Shown here one piece after another: positions 52,228-63,585 of a DNA stretch of 64,000 nt (position 1 is the first letter of the stretch; each line of letters opens with the position of its first letter). The DNA lies in NCBI GenBank assembly GCA_016718605.1, contig JADKCY010000001.1, forward strand, positions 58,156-122,155, given 5' to 3'. The notes below the pieces were generated by a model, which worked only from the letters and a program-made list of their open reading frames with translations, was not told where the DNA came from and ran no database searches. The translations under genes were made by a program, and so were the position numbers. Source of the stretch: Lysobacterales bacterium. GTDB taxonomy: Bacteria; Pseudomonadota; Gammaproteobacteria; Xanthomonadales; Xanthomonadaceae.

Positions 52228-54210
52228 TTACCAGTGCACGCCGCGCATCAATGCCGCAAAGGCAATCTGCTCGGAGGAAGGCTGCTCATCCTTGCCACCC
52301 TTGCCCTGCGCCGCCGCCGAATCGGGGAACAGTTGGAAGGCCGTGTTCATGACCACCTCGTAGACCTTCGGCGCCATCGCGTTCAGAACCGAAGAGAAGA
52401 TACCCAACCGTGTCGCGATTCGGCTCGGCCGCTCAATGATGGCCTGGGTGATCAGATCCGCCGCTTCGTCCGGCGAGATCGTCGGCACAGATTCGTACAT
52501 TTTGGTCGGCGCGATCATGGGGGTACGCACCAAGGGCATATTGATAGTGGTGAAGCTGATGTTGTGGCCGGAAAACTCAGCCTGCGCACAGCGACTGAAT
52601 GCATCCAATGCCGCCTTCGAAGCAACGTAGGCAGAGAAACGCGGTGAATTTGCGAGCACGCCAATCGACGAGATGTTGATGATGTGGCCCTTGCGTCGCT
52701 CGGTCATGCCCGGCAGAACGCCCATGATGAGGCGCAAGGAGCCAAAGTAGTTGAGTTGCATCGTGCGTTCGAAGTCGTGGAAGCGGTCGTACGACAGTGC
52801 GATCGAACGACGGATCGAACGACCGGCATTGTTGATCAAGATATCGACGCCACCCAAGTCGGCAAAAATCCGCCGCAGCAAGTCATCGCAAGAAGGCAAC
52901 TCGGCCAGATCCGCAGTATAGGCATGGCATTCGCCACCAGCGGCGATGATCTCATCGCGTGTCTTGAGCAATTCTTCCTCACCACGCGCAACGACCACGG
53001 TACGCGCCCCCGCCAACGCGACCTTGAAGGCTGCGGCACGTCCGATACCGGACGAGCCGCCCGTGATTACCACGACCTTGCCCTGTACGCGTCCTCGTAG
53101 CGACCGATCCACAAACAAGTCTGGGTCGAGGTGACGTTCCCAGTAGTCCCACAAGCGCCACGCGTAATCCTCCAACTCGGGCACTCGAATGCCTGAGCCT
53201 TTCAAGGCGCGTTCGGTATCACGGTTGTCAAAGCGAGTTGGGTAGTTGATAAACCCGAGCACTTCCTTGGGAATACCCAAATCCTTCAATACCATGCCGG
53301 CAAAGCGCTTGACCGGCGCCAAATTCGCCAACGCCATGCGAACAGGCGCGGGAACAAAGCTGAACATGCGCGCATCCACTCGCATGCTCATCTGCGGCGC
53401 ATGCCCTGCGCGGGCAAACAGATTCAGAACTTCGCCGATACGGCGCGGCGAGGGGTCGGTCAAATGAAACACACCACCATCCAAGCCGGGCTTGTGCGCG
53501 ATGTGATCCATGGCATCGACCACATAATCCACCGGGACCATATTTACGCGACCGCCTTCAATGCCGATCGTCGGCATCCAAGGCGGCAACACGCCGCGCA
53601 ACTTCTTGATCAGCCCGAAAAAGTAGTAAGGACCATCAATCTTGTCGATTTCACCGGTCTTGGAGTGTCCGATCACGACACCCGGACGGTAAATGCGATA
53701 GGCGATGCTGCACGTCTCGCGAACAATTTTCTCGGAATCATGCTTGGTGCGGAAATACGGGTGATCAAGGTTTTCCGCTTCGTCGAACATGTCCTCGCGA
53801 AACACCCCGGCATAGTAGCCAGCGACCGCGATCGAACTGGTGTGATGGAAACACTTCGCACCCACCGATTCTGCAAACTGCACCGCGTGTCGGGTCCCAT
53901 CGATATTTGGGCCGATTTGCGCCTCGGCTGATGCGGACAAATCGTAGACAGCAGCCAAGTGAAAAACCTGCTTGACCTTGCCGTGGAGGCTTTTGAGCTG
54001 GGCTGCAGAGACGCCCAGCTTGGGTTTGGACAAATCGCCAGTAACAGGAACAACCCGTTTTGCGTCCCAGCCCATGCGTTCAACGAGTTCCTTCAGTTTG
54101 CCCTGGCTTTGCTTGCGCACCAGCACATATACGTCGCCTTTTCGTTTGAGCAGATTGCCCACCAGATGACGGCCGATGAACCCAGTGGCTCCTGTTACGA
54201 AGTACGTCAT
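52228..54210 (-). CDS. Two-domain SDR fatty acyl-CoA reductase (Marinobacter Maqu_2507 type)
   Basis: N-terminal extended SDR (YFVTGATGFIG, YFRTK) plus classical SDR (TGGSSGIG, NNAGRSIRR, YVASK); ends EQIAFAALMRGVHW. Confidence 0.85.
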   Translation of the reverse strand: MTYFVTGATGFIGRHLVGNLLKRKGDVYVLVRKQSQGKLKELVERMGWDAKRVVPVTGDLSKPKLGVSAAQLKSLHGKVKQVFHLAAVYDLSASAEAQIGPNIDGTRHAVQFAESVGAKCFHHTSSIAVAGYYAGVFREDMFDEAENLDHPYFRTKHDSEKIVRETCSIAYRIYRPGVVIGHSKTGEIDKIDGPYYFFGLIKKLRGVLPPWMPTIGIEGGRVNMVPVDYVVDAMDHIAHKPGLDGGVFHLTDPSPRRIGEVLNLFARAGHAPQMSMRVDARMFSFVPAPVRMALANLAPVKRFAGMVLKDLGIPKEVLGFINYPTRFDNRDTERALKGSGIRVPELEDYAWRLWDYWERHLDPDLFVDRSLRGRVQGKVVVITGGSSGIGRAAAFKVALAGARTVVVARGEEELLKTRDEIIAAGGECHAYTADLAELPSCDDLLRRIFADLGGVDILINNAGRSIRRSIALSYDRFHDFERTMQLNYFGSLRLIMGVLPGMTERRKGHIINISSIGVLANSPRFSAYVASKAALDAFSRCAQAEFSGHNISFTTINMPLVRTPMIAPTKMYESVPTISPDEAADLITQAIIERPSRIATRLGIFSSVLNAMAPKVYEVVMNTAFQLFPDSAAAQGKGGKDEQPSSEQIAFAALMRGVHW

Positions 54211-54393
54211 TGCAGCTCCCTTTCTGTGTGGTCGGCTCTTGCGGCCGGTAACGTTTGGCCGACAGCCTGCCTGAAAGATGCGCGCTCGCAAAGTCATGCA
54301 CGCAAATCCGATGTTGGCACGGCACTGGTTTGACCCTTGCTCGCCTCACGTGCTATCAAGCACGGCCAGCCATCAGGGCGTTGGAGAAGAGTG

Positions 54394-54651
54394 ATGTCGG
54401 ACCTCGTCAAACAGTTTGAAGCCGCCGCAGAAGCCGTCAAAAGCCTGAGCGAGCGCCCGGACAATGACATGCTGTTGCGCCTCTATGCGCTCTACAAGCA
54501 AGGCGCTGAGGGCGACGTGAGCGGCCCCAAACCGGGATTCTTCGATTTCGTCGGCACCGCGAAATATGACGCGTGGGCGAAGCTGGCTGGCACTGATCAG
54601 GCGGAAGCGAAAGAAAAGTACATTGCGCTCGTCAAGCGGTTGACTGGCTAA
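54394..54651 (+). CDS. Acyl-CoA-binding protein
   Basis: LLRLYALYKQG, KYDAW, EKYIALV; 85 aa. Confidence 0.9.
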   Translation: MSDLVKQFEAAAEAVKSLSERPDNDMLLRLYALYKQGAEGDVSGPKPGFFDFVGTAKYDAWAKLAGTDQAEAKEKYIALVKRLTG

Positions 54652-54662
54652 GACACGCCGCG

Positions 54663-55289
54663 ATGGCCCGCGACACGAGAGATCGAATTCTGGAAGCGAG
54701 CCTCGCGCTGTTCAACGCGCGTGGCGAGCTTAACGTCAGTACCAATCACATCGCTGACGATCTGGAAATCAGCCCAGGCAATCTTTACTACCATTTCCGC
54801 AATAAAGACGACATCATCGAGCAGCTGTTTGCGCGCTTCGAACTGCGCATGGACAAGGCACTGACTGCCCCGGCCGAACGGCTTCCCACGCTCGAAGATA
54901 TTTGGCTGCAGCTGCATCTCGTTTATGAGTGCATCTGGGACTACCGCTTCATTTATCGCGACCTGGTAGACATCAGCAGTCGCAACCGCAAGCTTCGGAT
55001 GCACTTTTCACGCATTCTCAAACGCGCGTCCGAAGGTGCGATCGAGGTGATGCGTGGCTTGGCGACTTCCGGCATCTTCCGCGCCAACGCCGAGGAAATC
55101 CGTGCCACGGCAACCAACATCCTCGTGATAGCGACCTTTTGGTTGAATTTTTCCGCCGTTCGAGGCGAACACGACGAGCGCGAGAGCATCAATCAGGGTA
55201 TTTATCAGGTGATGTTGCTGATTGCGCCATTCTTGCGCGACACCGAACGCGCCCAGCTAACGCATCTGGCAGCAGCCTATCTGCGCTAG
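54663..55289 (+). CDS. TetR-family regulator, PhaD-like
   Basis: TRDRILEASLALFN...STNHIA...ISPGNLYYHF. Confidence 0.85.
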   Translation: MARDTRDRILEASLALFNARGELNVSTNHIADDLEISPGNLYYHFRNKDDIIEQLFARFELRMDKALTAPAERLPTLEDIWLQLHLVYECIWDYRFIYRDLVDISSRNRKLRMHFSRILKRASEGAIEVMRGLATSGIFRANAEEIRATATNILVIATFWLNFSAVRGEHDERESINQGIYQVMLLIAPFLRDTERAQLTHLAAAYLR

Positions 55290-55422
55290 AAAAATCCTAC
55301 CCGATCGCGCGTCGTTGATCTGTCGGCGCCAGGTCTGGACCGGTGCTGGACGCGGCAAATCTGACAAGAGCAGGATGCACGTGTCCGAACAATCCCTGCC
55401 AAATCCGATGGGAAGTACCCGC

Positions 55423-56328
55423 TCAGTGTGCGCCTGGGTAGGTCTTTTCTCCGGCCTGCACTGTCAAATCCAGACGGTTTTCCGGAGGTGGTAAGGGACA
55501 AGTGCTGTAGGCGTTGTAAGCGCACGGAGGATTGACCATGCGATTGAAGTCCAACACTACTTCGCCATCAACGACGGCTTCGGTGTAGAGAAAGCGACCT
55601 GCCCCATAGGTTTGCTTGCCATTGCTGCGATCGGCAACGATCAGGAACAGTGACTCCGCTGGATCGCCAAGCGCTTCCAACGTATAGGACGCACCCTCTT
55701 TCTCAAAGATCACGGTGCCGGGATTCGGCGTGTCTTCCAACTGCCCAAGCACGTTGGCGATCGGGATCGTACTTCCATCAGGCTTGGGTTCGAAGCGCGC
55801 GCTGACTTGCCAGTCTTGCACGGGATCGAACCACGCCAGACCCTGAAAGTCTCGCCGCGTCTGTGCGCTCGAATCACGCACGCGAAGGCCAAGTTTTCCG
55901 CCGCGCTCAATCAATTGCACACTGCCATCCGACCACGAAATCCAACTGGGTTTTTCACTGGTATCGGACCCCAGTACGATGGCATCGGATGAGACATCGG
56001 CGTCGTTGAAATGCAATGCCTCACGGGATGACGGTGGAAACCAGATGACCTGCTGCGCACCATCCACTTCGCGCAACTCGAACTCACCAAGCAAATCCGG
56101 TCCCGCACGCAAGCGGATGTCGGCGTCGACCGTTCGACCCACAGCTTGCCGACCCGGCATCAACCAGTGCAATCCAACCAGACTCAGCCAGCCATCCGGC
56201 TCCGTCAAGACGCTTGCACGCTGTTGTCGCCATTGCTGCTGCGCTAGTACCCAAGGATCAGCCATCATGGCCGTTGCCGACATGGCCACGGATACGACAC
56301 CAAGAATCGCCCACCGTCTGAATCCCAT
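55423..56328 (-). CDS. DUF1684-family secreted protein
   Basis: Signal peptide; GWLSLVGLHWL; TYGAGRFL; LDFNRMVNPPCAYNAYSTCPLPPPEN. Confidence 0.85.
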   Translation of the reverse strand: MGFRRWAILGVVSVAMSATAMMADPWVLAQQQWRQQRASVLTEPDGWLSLVGLHWLMPGRQAVGRTVDADIRLRAGPDLLGEFELREVDGAQQVIWFPPSSREALHFNDADVSSDAIVLGSDTSEKPSWISWSDGSVQLIERGGKLGLRVRDSSAQTRRDFQGLAWFDPVQDWQVSARFEPKPDGSTIPIANVLGQLEDTPNPGTVIFEKEGASYTLEALGDPAESLFLIVADRSNGKQTYGAGRFLYTEAVVDGEVVLDFNRMVNPPCAYNAYSTCPLPPPENRLDLTVQAGEKTYPGAH

Positions 56329-56341
56329 TGAATTGCCTCGC

Positions 56342-58258
56342 TCAAAAACCGGACTGCATTCCAACGCGCAAGGCGCGCGTTGCCACCAACTGAGTGATGC
56401 ACTGCACGTCGCCATCCATAGCGCGATCCGCGCGCATGAAGTCAATGTGTTGACGAATCTGAGCATGCAGCCTCGCCACCGCTGCTCCCGGATGAAAATC
56501 ATCACTGCTGGCGAGTGCCTCGGTCAGCGACTGCACTTCCTTTTCGAACTGTGCACGCGCAGGGTGATCCGTCGCAGGTGCATTGCTGACCTTTTCCGCC
56601 AATCGCCGCCAGTCACCGGATTGCGCCAAATGCCGCGCGGCGTTCAGCATGTCCTGGCGGAAATCCAAAGCCTGCGCAGCGGTATACAACTCCAATGCGA
56701 CGACATGCGCCAGATCGGCGCACATCTCCAACACATGGCGCGCTTCGTTGGCGCCCATCGAAACGTGATCTTCGGCATTGGCACTGGTTGGCACCGAGTA
56801 CACCGAAGCCGGATGGGCTCGGGTCGCAAGATCATTGACCAAGGCCGCAGCGGTGTACTGCACGATCATGAAGCCCGAATCGGTGGCATCTTCGTTTCCG
56901 GTCAGAAACGCAGGCAACCCGTCATTGGTGGCGGGGTCGACCAGTTTGTTCAAGCGTCGCTCAGAGATACTCGCCAACACCGGAATCGCTGCCTTGAGGT
57001 AGCTCATCGCCAAGGCCAAGGGCATGCCGTGGAAATGGCCTGCCGAGATGACCTGATCCTCGATATATCGCGGATTCTCGGCATCCGGAAAAACCAAGGG
57101 ATTGTCGGTGACCGCATTGAGTTCGATATCGAGCACACGCTCGGCCTGTGCCAATGCGTCGCGTATCGCGCCATGCACTTGCGGCATGCAACGCAAACAA
57201 TAGGCATCCTGCGGCTGATGCTTTTTGCCACCTTTGAACGGAAGAAACCGCGCGTAAAACGACTCGCGACCATGACGCTGACTGGGCGGCACGTAATCCC
57301 AGGCAATATCAAAACGCAGTGCTTGCTGATCGGGCGACTGCCAGGCATCTGCCAACCAAGGCTTGAAGCGCGGCACCATGTGGTAGGCGATATCAAGCAA
57401 GCTGGAGCCCGCCGTCAGTTCGCGGATGTGAGCTGCTGTCGCCACTTGCCCGGGATGCGGTCGCAGCGCGTGTACTTCCGTCCGAAACGCGCTGCTGCGA
57501 CCCGCGAAACCATCAAGGGTCATCGCCGCGGCAGCATCCGCAAGGTCGCACAAGTAGTGCAAGTGATCGACCGCCAACACGCCACAGGCCAACATCTGCG
57601 CAGTGCCATTGTTCAGTGCGAGTCCTTCCTTGAACGATAAACGCACCGGGCTCAAACCGACCTTGGCCAGTGCGTCGGCACCGGGCATGCGCTGGCCATC
57701 GACGAAGGCCTCACCACCACCGAGCAACACGATGGCCAAGTGAGACAGTGGCGCAAGATCGCCACTCGCACCAACGGAACCCTTCTGCGGTACAACTGGT
57801 ACCACACCGCGATTGAGCATTTCAGCGAGCGACTGCAGGGTTGACGGGCGAATTCCCGAATGACCACGCAACAGCGTGTTGATGCGGATTGCCAACATCG
57901 CCCGCACCACCTCGGCGGCGAAGGGGTCACCCACGCAGACGGCGTGGGTCACGATCAAGTTGTGTTGCAACTCCTCCAGCAAGGTCATGTCGTTGCACTG
58001 CGGGTTGCCGCCGGGCAACTCATCACGCGCCCGATGCGCACCCAGCAAGCGGTCCGCGTTGCTGCCAAAACCGGTGGTTACGCCATAGATTGGCTCCTGC
58101 CGCTGCACCTGTTCGGCCAGAAAATTCGCAGCTTTCGCAACGCGTCGCAGTGCTTTCGGGCATAACTCGACGGCGTATTCAGCGCGTGCGAGGCGCAACA
58201 GATCGGCACGACAAAGCGATTGGCCGTCGAGTAGGACGGCAGGGCGAGAAACAGTCAT
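56342..58258 (-). CDS. Aromatic amino acid ammonia-lyase (HAL-type signature), extended form
   Basis: YGVTTGFG, MIO-forming GASGD, KEGLALNNG, QDAYCLRC, DNP, SANAEDHVSMG; LQHNLIVTH matches the HAL S/T-H signature. Confidence 0.85.
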   Translation of the reverse strand: MTVSRPAVLLDGQSLCRADLLRLARAEYAVELCPKALRRVAKAANFLAEQVQRQEPIYGVTTGFGSNADRLLGAHRARDELPGGNPQCNDMTLLEELQHNLIVTHAVCVGDPFAAEVVRAMLAIRINTLLRGHSGIRPSTLQSLAEMLNRGVVPVVPQKGSVGASGDLAPLSHLAIVLLGGGEAFVDGQRMPGADALAKVGLSPVRLSFKEGLALNNGTAQMLACGVLAVDHLHYLCDLADAAAAMTLDGFAGRSSAFRTEVHALRPHPGQVATAAHIRELTAGSSLLDIAYHMVPRFKPWLADAWQSPDQQALRFDIAWDYVPPSQRHGRESFYARFLPFKGGKKHQPQDAYCLRCMPQVHGAIRDALAQAERVLDIELNAVTDNPLVFPDAENPRYIEDQVISAGHFHGMPLALAMSYLKAAIPVLASISERRLNKLVDPATNDGLPAFLTGNEDATDSGFMIVQYTAAALVNDLATRAHPASVYSVPTSANAEDHVSMGANEARHVLEMCADLAHVVALELYTAAQALDFRQDMLNAARHLAQSGDWRRLAEKVSNAPATDHPARAQFEKEVQSLTEALASSDDFHPGAAVARLHAQIRQHIDFMRADRAMDGDVQCITQLVATRALRVGMQSGF

Positions 58259-58340
58259 TGCAGGCGAACTCGACAACGGGGAGGCGCATTGTCCGGGGTT
58301 TGCGCGACGCAGAAAACCCGCGACCGCAAATTACCAACCA

Positions 58341-58787
58341 TCAGGGCTTGATGTAGGCCGCGTGCTCTTCCAACTGCAAGCGTGCAAGTTCCTGTACGCC
58401 TGCGGGAACGACCTGAACGTCGAACAGCAATTGGTCGACAGGAATTTGGCGGCCTTCCAGGGTATTGCCACACACTCGAAATTCCACACCCTCGGCAATC
58501 AAGGGTTCAACCATCACGTCATAGGTATTGCCGCGACTGTCCTTGGCACCACTCAGCAGAAAGTCCACGCCGGGTCCGTTGGCCACAACGACAATCTTGA
58601 TATCCGCGTCAGCGCGGCGGTGGTTTTGCACATTGCGCAACGCAAAGCTCGCCTGCTGACTGTCGCTAACATGGTAGACGACGGTGCGTTTGGATGACGC
58701 CTCTGCGGCGCTGGCAGCGTGCACAAGGACAAACAGGAGACTCAACGACACGGCAAGCAGCACACGAAATGCAAGGGGACGCTGCAT
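58341..58787 (-). CDS. Periplasmic DsrE/DsrF-family protein
   Basis: Signal peptide; VVYHVS, LRNVQNH, IVVVANGPGV, FRVCGNT, VPAGVQELARLQ..AYIKP. Confidence 0.82.
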   Translation of the reverse strand: MQRPLAFRVLLAVSLSLLFVLVHAASAAEASSKRTVVYHVSDSQQASFALRNVQNHRRADADIKIVVVANGPGVDFLLSGAKDSRGNTYDVMVEPLIAEGVEFRVCGNTLEGRQIPVDQLLFDVQVVPAGVQELARLQLEEHAAYIKP

Positions 58788-58825
58788 GACAACCTCGAGA
58801 GAATACGAAAAACGCAATCCTACCC

Positions 58826-59809
58826 TCACTTGGGCGTATCTGGCGCCCGTTCAGCGAGCGTCGCCGCGAGAACGCCGTCTGACTTGGCCCAATCGCGATC
58901 CTGACTCAACAGGTATGTTTCGCCTTCACGCAAGATGAACTGCTTGAACGCTTCTGCAGCCGGAGAAAGCGTGCGCGGCAGCAGGCGAACCACATTCCAT
59001 GTTCGCATCAATGGGCTGCCCTCGACGGGTAGCACGTGCAACAAACCGGATTTCAGTTCAAGCCACAGCGTGTGCAGCGAAAGAAAACTCAGCCCCATTC
59101 CCGCCATCACAGCCTGTTTGATCGACTCGTTGCTGGGCATTTCCATCAGCACGCTGATTGGTGCGTTGTAGTCTGCGAAAAAACTCTCCATCGCCGCCCG
59201 TGTGCCGGAGGCCTCCTCGCGAACGATGAAGCCATGGCCGCCGAGATCTGCCGCCCGAATCGTGGTCTGCATCAACAACGGATGGCCAGGCGGGGCAACA
59301 AATACATGTGGATGGCCAGCAAAGGCTTCCGCGCGTGTCGCCAGTCCCTTCGGCGCACGGCCCATGATCGCGAGATCGATCTCGTTACTCTGCAGCAGCA
59401 TCACCAGATGCTCTCGATTGTTTCCGACCCGCAGGCGCACTTCAATGCCGGGGTGCAATTGCCGAAAACGCGCGAGCAGGTGCGGCACGAAGTACTTCGC
59501 TGTACTGACCATGCCAACGGTGAGCGAGCCACTCTCCAAACGTTGCAGTTTGGCCAGCGCGTCTTCGGCCTCGCGCAACGTAGCGACGATGCGTTTGGCG
59601 TAGACGAGAAAGTACTCGCCACCGGTGGTCAGGCTCAGTTGCTTGCCACGGCGGTCAAACAAACGCACTCCAACGGCGCCTTCGAGTTCCTTCATTTGCA
59701 ACGTCACCGCGGGTGGCGTCAGGTGCAGGCGTTCGGCAGCCCGCGCGAAATTAAGGCTGCGGGCAGCTTCGATGAAGGTATGAATCTGACGCAAGGTGGC
59801 ATTCTTCAT
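58826..59809 (-). CDS. cbbR: LysR-family regulator CbbR
   Basis: TLRQIHTF...NFARAAERLHLTPPAVTLQMK; VSTAKYFVP; REEASGTR; SNESIKQAVMAGMG; divergent from cbbL. Confidence 0.92.
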   Translation of the reverse strand: MKNATLRQIHTFIEAARSLNFARAAERLHLTPPAVTLQMKELEGAVGVRLFDRRGKQLSLTTGGEYFLVYAKRIVATLREAEDALAKLQRLESGSLTVGMVSTAKYFVPHLLARFRQLHPGIEVRLRVGNNREHLVMLLQSNEIDLAIMGRAPKGLATRAEAFAGHPHVFVAPPGHPLLMQTTIRAADLGGHGFIVREEASGTRAAMESFFADYNAPISVLMEMPSNESIKQAVMAGMGLSFLSLHTLWLELKSGLLHVLPVEGSPLMRTWNVVRLLPRTLSPAAEAFKQFILREGETYLLSQDRDWAKSDGVLAATLAERAPDTPK

Positions 59810-61399
<1,590 letters not shown>

Positions 61400-61416
61400 T
61401 CGAGGAGTAAACGACC

Positions 61417-61854
61417 ATGATGACCAACCCGACCGGACGTCTGACCCAGGGCCAGTTCTCCTTCTTGCCCGATCTGACCGACGAAGAAATCGCGCTGCAG
61501 ATTCAGTATGGCTTGAGCAAAGGCTATGCCTGGAGCGTCGAGTACACCGACGATCCCCACCCACGCAACACGTATTGGGAAATGTATGGCATGCCGATGT
61601 TCGATCTTCAGGATCCAGCCGGAGTGTTGATGGAAGTCAACAACTGCCGCAAGACCTTTCCAAACCACTACATTCGTTTGATGGCCTTCGACAGCACCCG
61701 CAATGTCGAGTCGATTGCGATGAGCTTCATCGTCAATCGCCCGGCTAGGGAGCCTGGCTTTGCCTTGGTTCGACAGGAAGTGAATGGTCGCAGCATGCGC
61801 TACACCATCCATAGCTATGCGACGGACAAGGCAGAGTCCGAGCGCTACGACTGA
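61417..61854 (+). CDS. cbbS: RuBisCO small subunit, red-type
   Basis: [28 protein letters not shown]-terminal beta-hairpin [18 protein letters not shown]. Confidence 0.97.
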   Translation: MMTNPTGRLTQGQFSFLPDLTDEEIALQIQYGLSKGYAWSVEYTDDPHPRNTYWEMYGMPMFDLQDPAGVLMEVNNCRKTFPNHYIRLMAFDSTRNVESIAMSFIVNRPAREPGFALVRQEVNGRSMRYTIHSYATDKAESERYD

Positions 61855-61881
61855 CGCTCTCATCGCATCGCTTGCCAATCG

Positions 61882-61913
61882 CATGAAAACGGGCTTTGCT
61901 GCCCGTTTTCATG
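61882..61913 (+). terminator. Stem-loop after cbbS (attenuator or mRNA stabiliser)
   Basis: CATGAAAACGGGC-TTTGCT-GCCCGTTTTCATG perfect 13-bp stem. Confidence 0.7.
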
Positions 61914-61938
61914 TTCATCATCGCAAGGAGTCGCTCCC

Positions 61939-62610
61939 ATGGTTCGCATCGCCCCCAGCATTCTGTCTGCCGACTTTGCCCGTCTGGGTGAGGAAGTGCG
62001 CAATGTAATCGCCGCCGGCGCGGACTGGATTCACTTCGATGTCATGGACAACCACTACGTCCCCAATCTGACCATTGGTCCAGGGGTGGCGCAGGCAATC
62101 AAGCCGCATTGCGTGGATCCACAAGGCAAACCGGTGCCATTGGATGTGCATTTGATGGTGCGGCCAGTCGATGAGCTCGCCCTCGCATTTGCCAAGGCCG
62201 GTGCGGATTACATCAGTTTTCACCCCGATGCCAGCACACATGTGGATCGGACCCTGCAGCTGATCCGTGGCGCTGGCTGCAAAGCAGGACTGGTGTTCAA
62301 CCCGGCCGCATCGATGGATGTTTTGGAATGGGTCATCGACAAGGTCGATCTGATCCTGATCATGAGCGTCAATCCCGGCTTCGGCGGACAGAGTTTCATC
62401 GACAGCGCACTACGCAAGTTGGAACAAGCCCGAACCCTGATCGATGCCAGCGGACGTGACATCCGGCTGGAAGTCGATGGCGGTGTGAAGGTGGACAACT
62501 TCCGTCGAATTGTCGATGCCGGCGCCGATACGCTGGTGGCGGGCAGTGCCATTTTCAGCCAACCTGACTATGCCTCGGTCATCCAAGCGATGCGCGCGCA
62601 ACTCGACTGA
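61939..62610 (+). CDS. rpe: Ribulose-phosphate 3-epimerase (CbbE)
   Basis: [42 protein letters not shown]. Confidence 0.96.
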   Translation: MVRIAPSILSADFARLGEEVRNVIAAGADWIHFDVMDNHYVPNLTIGPGVAQAIKPHCVDPQGKPVPLDVHLMVRPVDELALAFAKAGADYISFHPDASTHVDRTLQLIRGAGCKAGLVFNPAASMDVLEWVIDKVDLILIMSVNPGFGGQSFIDSALRKLEQARTLIDASGRDIRLEVDGGVKVDNFRRIVDAGADTLVAGSAIFSQPDYASVIQAMRAQLD

Positions 62611-62618
62611 GGTGATCC

Positions 62619-63575
62619 ATGAGCACGCCGATGTACAACATCCCTGGCGCCAATCCCGTGAGCCCGTCAGCGCAAGCGCCTGAACCAAGTGCGCCTGCCT
62701 CGACTGCCAGAACGGTCGCCCAGGTGTTGCAAGAGAGTCGCATCGACGAGGTCCTAGACGAGCTTGAGCGCGACTTGGTGGGCTTGGCGCCAGTTAAACA
62801 GCGCATCCGCGATATCGCTGCCCTGCTAGTGATAGACAAACTCCGAATGAATCTTGGACTGCAGGCCGAAAATCCCAGCCTGCACATGAGTTTCACCGGC
62901 AATCCAGGCACCGGCAAGACCACGGTCGCGATGCGTATGGCCGAGATACTGTTCCGCCTCGGCTATGTACGCAAAGGTCATCTGGTCGCGGTGACGCGGG
63001 ACGATCTGGTCGGGCAGTACATCGGTCATACCGCACCGAAAACCAAGGAAATTCTGAAAAAGGCGATGGGCGGTGTGCTGTTCATTGACGAGGCCTACTA
63101 CCTGTATCGCCCTGACAACGAACGCGATTATGGACAGGAGGCGATCGAAATCCTGCTGCAGGTAATGGAAAACCAGCGCAACGATCTGGTCGTCATTCTC
63201 GCCGGCTACAAAGACCGCATGGACACGTTCTTCCAGTCCAATCCGGGCATGAGCTCGCGGATCGCGCACCACCTTGACTTTCCCGACTACAGCGTCGACG
63301 AATTGGGTCGCATTGCACAGATGATGCTGGCCAAACAGCATTATCGCTTTGATGACGGCGTGGCTGACGTTTTCACCCAGTATCTGAAACGCCGCGTGCA
63401 GATGCCGCATTTCGCCAACGCACGCAGCGTGCGCAACGCGTTGGACCGTGCACGACTGCGCCAGGCCAGTCGATTGTTCGCCGACCGCGAGCGCGAGCTC
63501 ACGGCCGAGGATCTCACCACTCTGACGGCGGCCGACATTCTGGCCAGCCGCGTGTTCCAGGAATCATCTGTCTGA
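62619..63575 (+). CDS. cbbX: Red-type RuBisCO activase CbbX
   Basis: Walker [10 protein letters not shown], pore loop [11 protein letters not shown], Walker [19 protein letters not shown]. Confidence 0.95.
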   Translation: MSTPMYNIPGANPVSPSAQAPEPSAPASTARTVAQVLQESRIDEVLDELERDLVGLAPVKQRIRDIAALLVIDKLRMNLGLQAENPSLHMSFTGNPGTGKTTVAMRMAEILFRLGYVRKGHLVAVTRDDLVGQYIGHTAPKTKEILKKAMGGVLFIDEAYYLYRPDNERDYGQEAIEILLQVMENQRNDLVVILAGYKDRMDTFFQSNPGMSSRIAHHLDFPDYSVDELGRIAQMMLAKQHYRFDDGVADVFTQYLKRRVQMPHFANARSVRNALDRARLRQASRLFADRERELTAEDLTTLTAADILASRVFQESSV

Positions 63576-63585
63576 GGAGTCCGTC

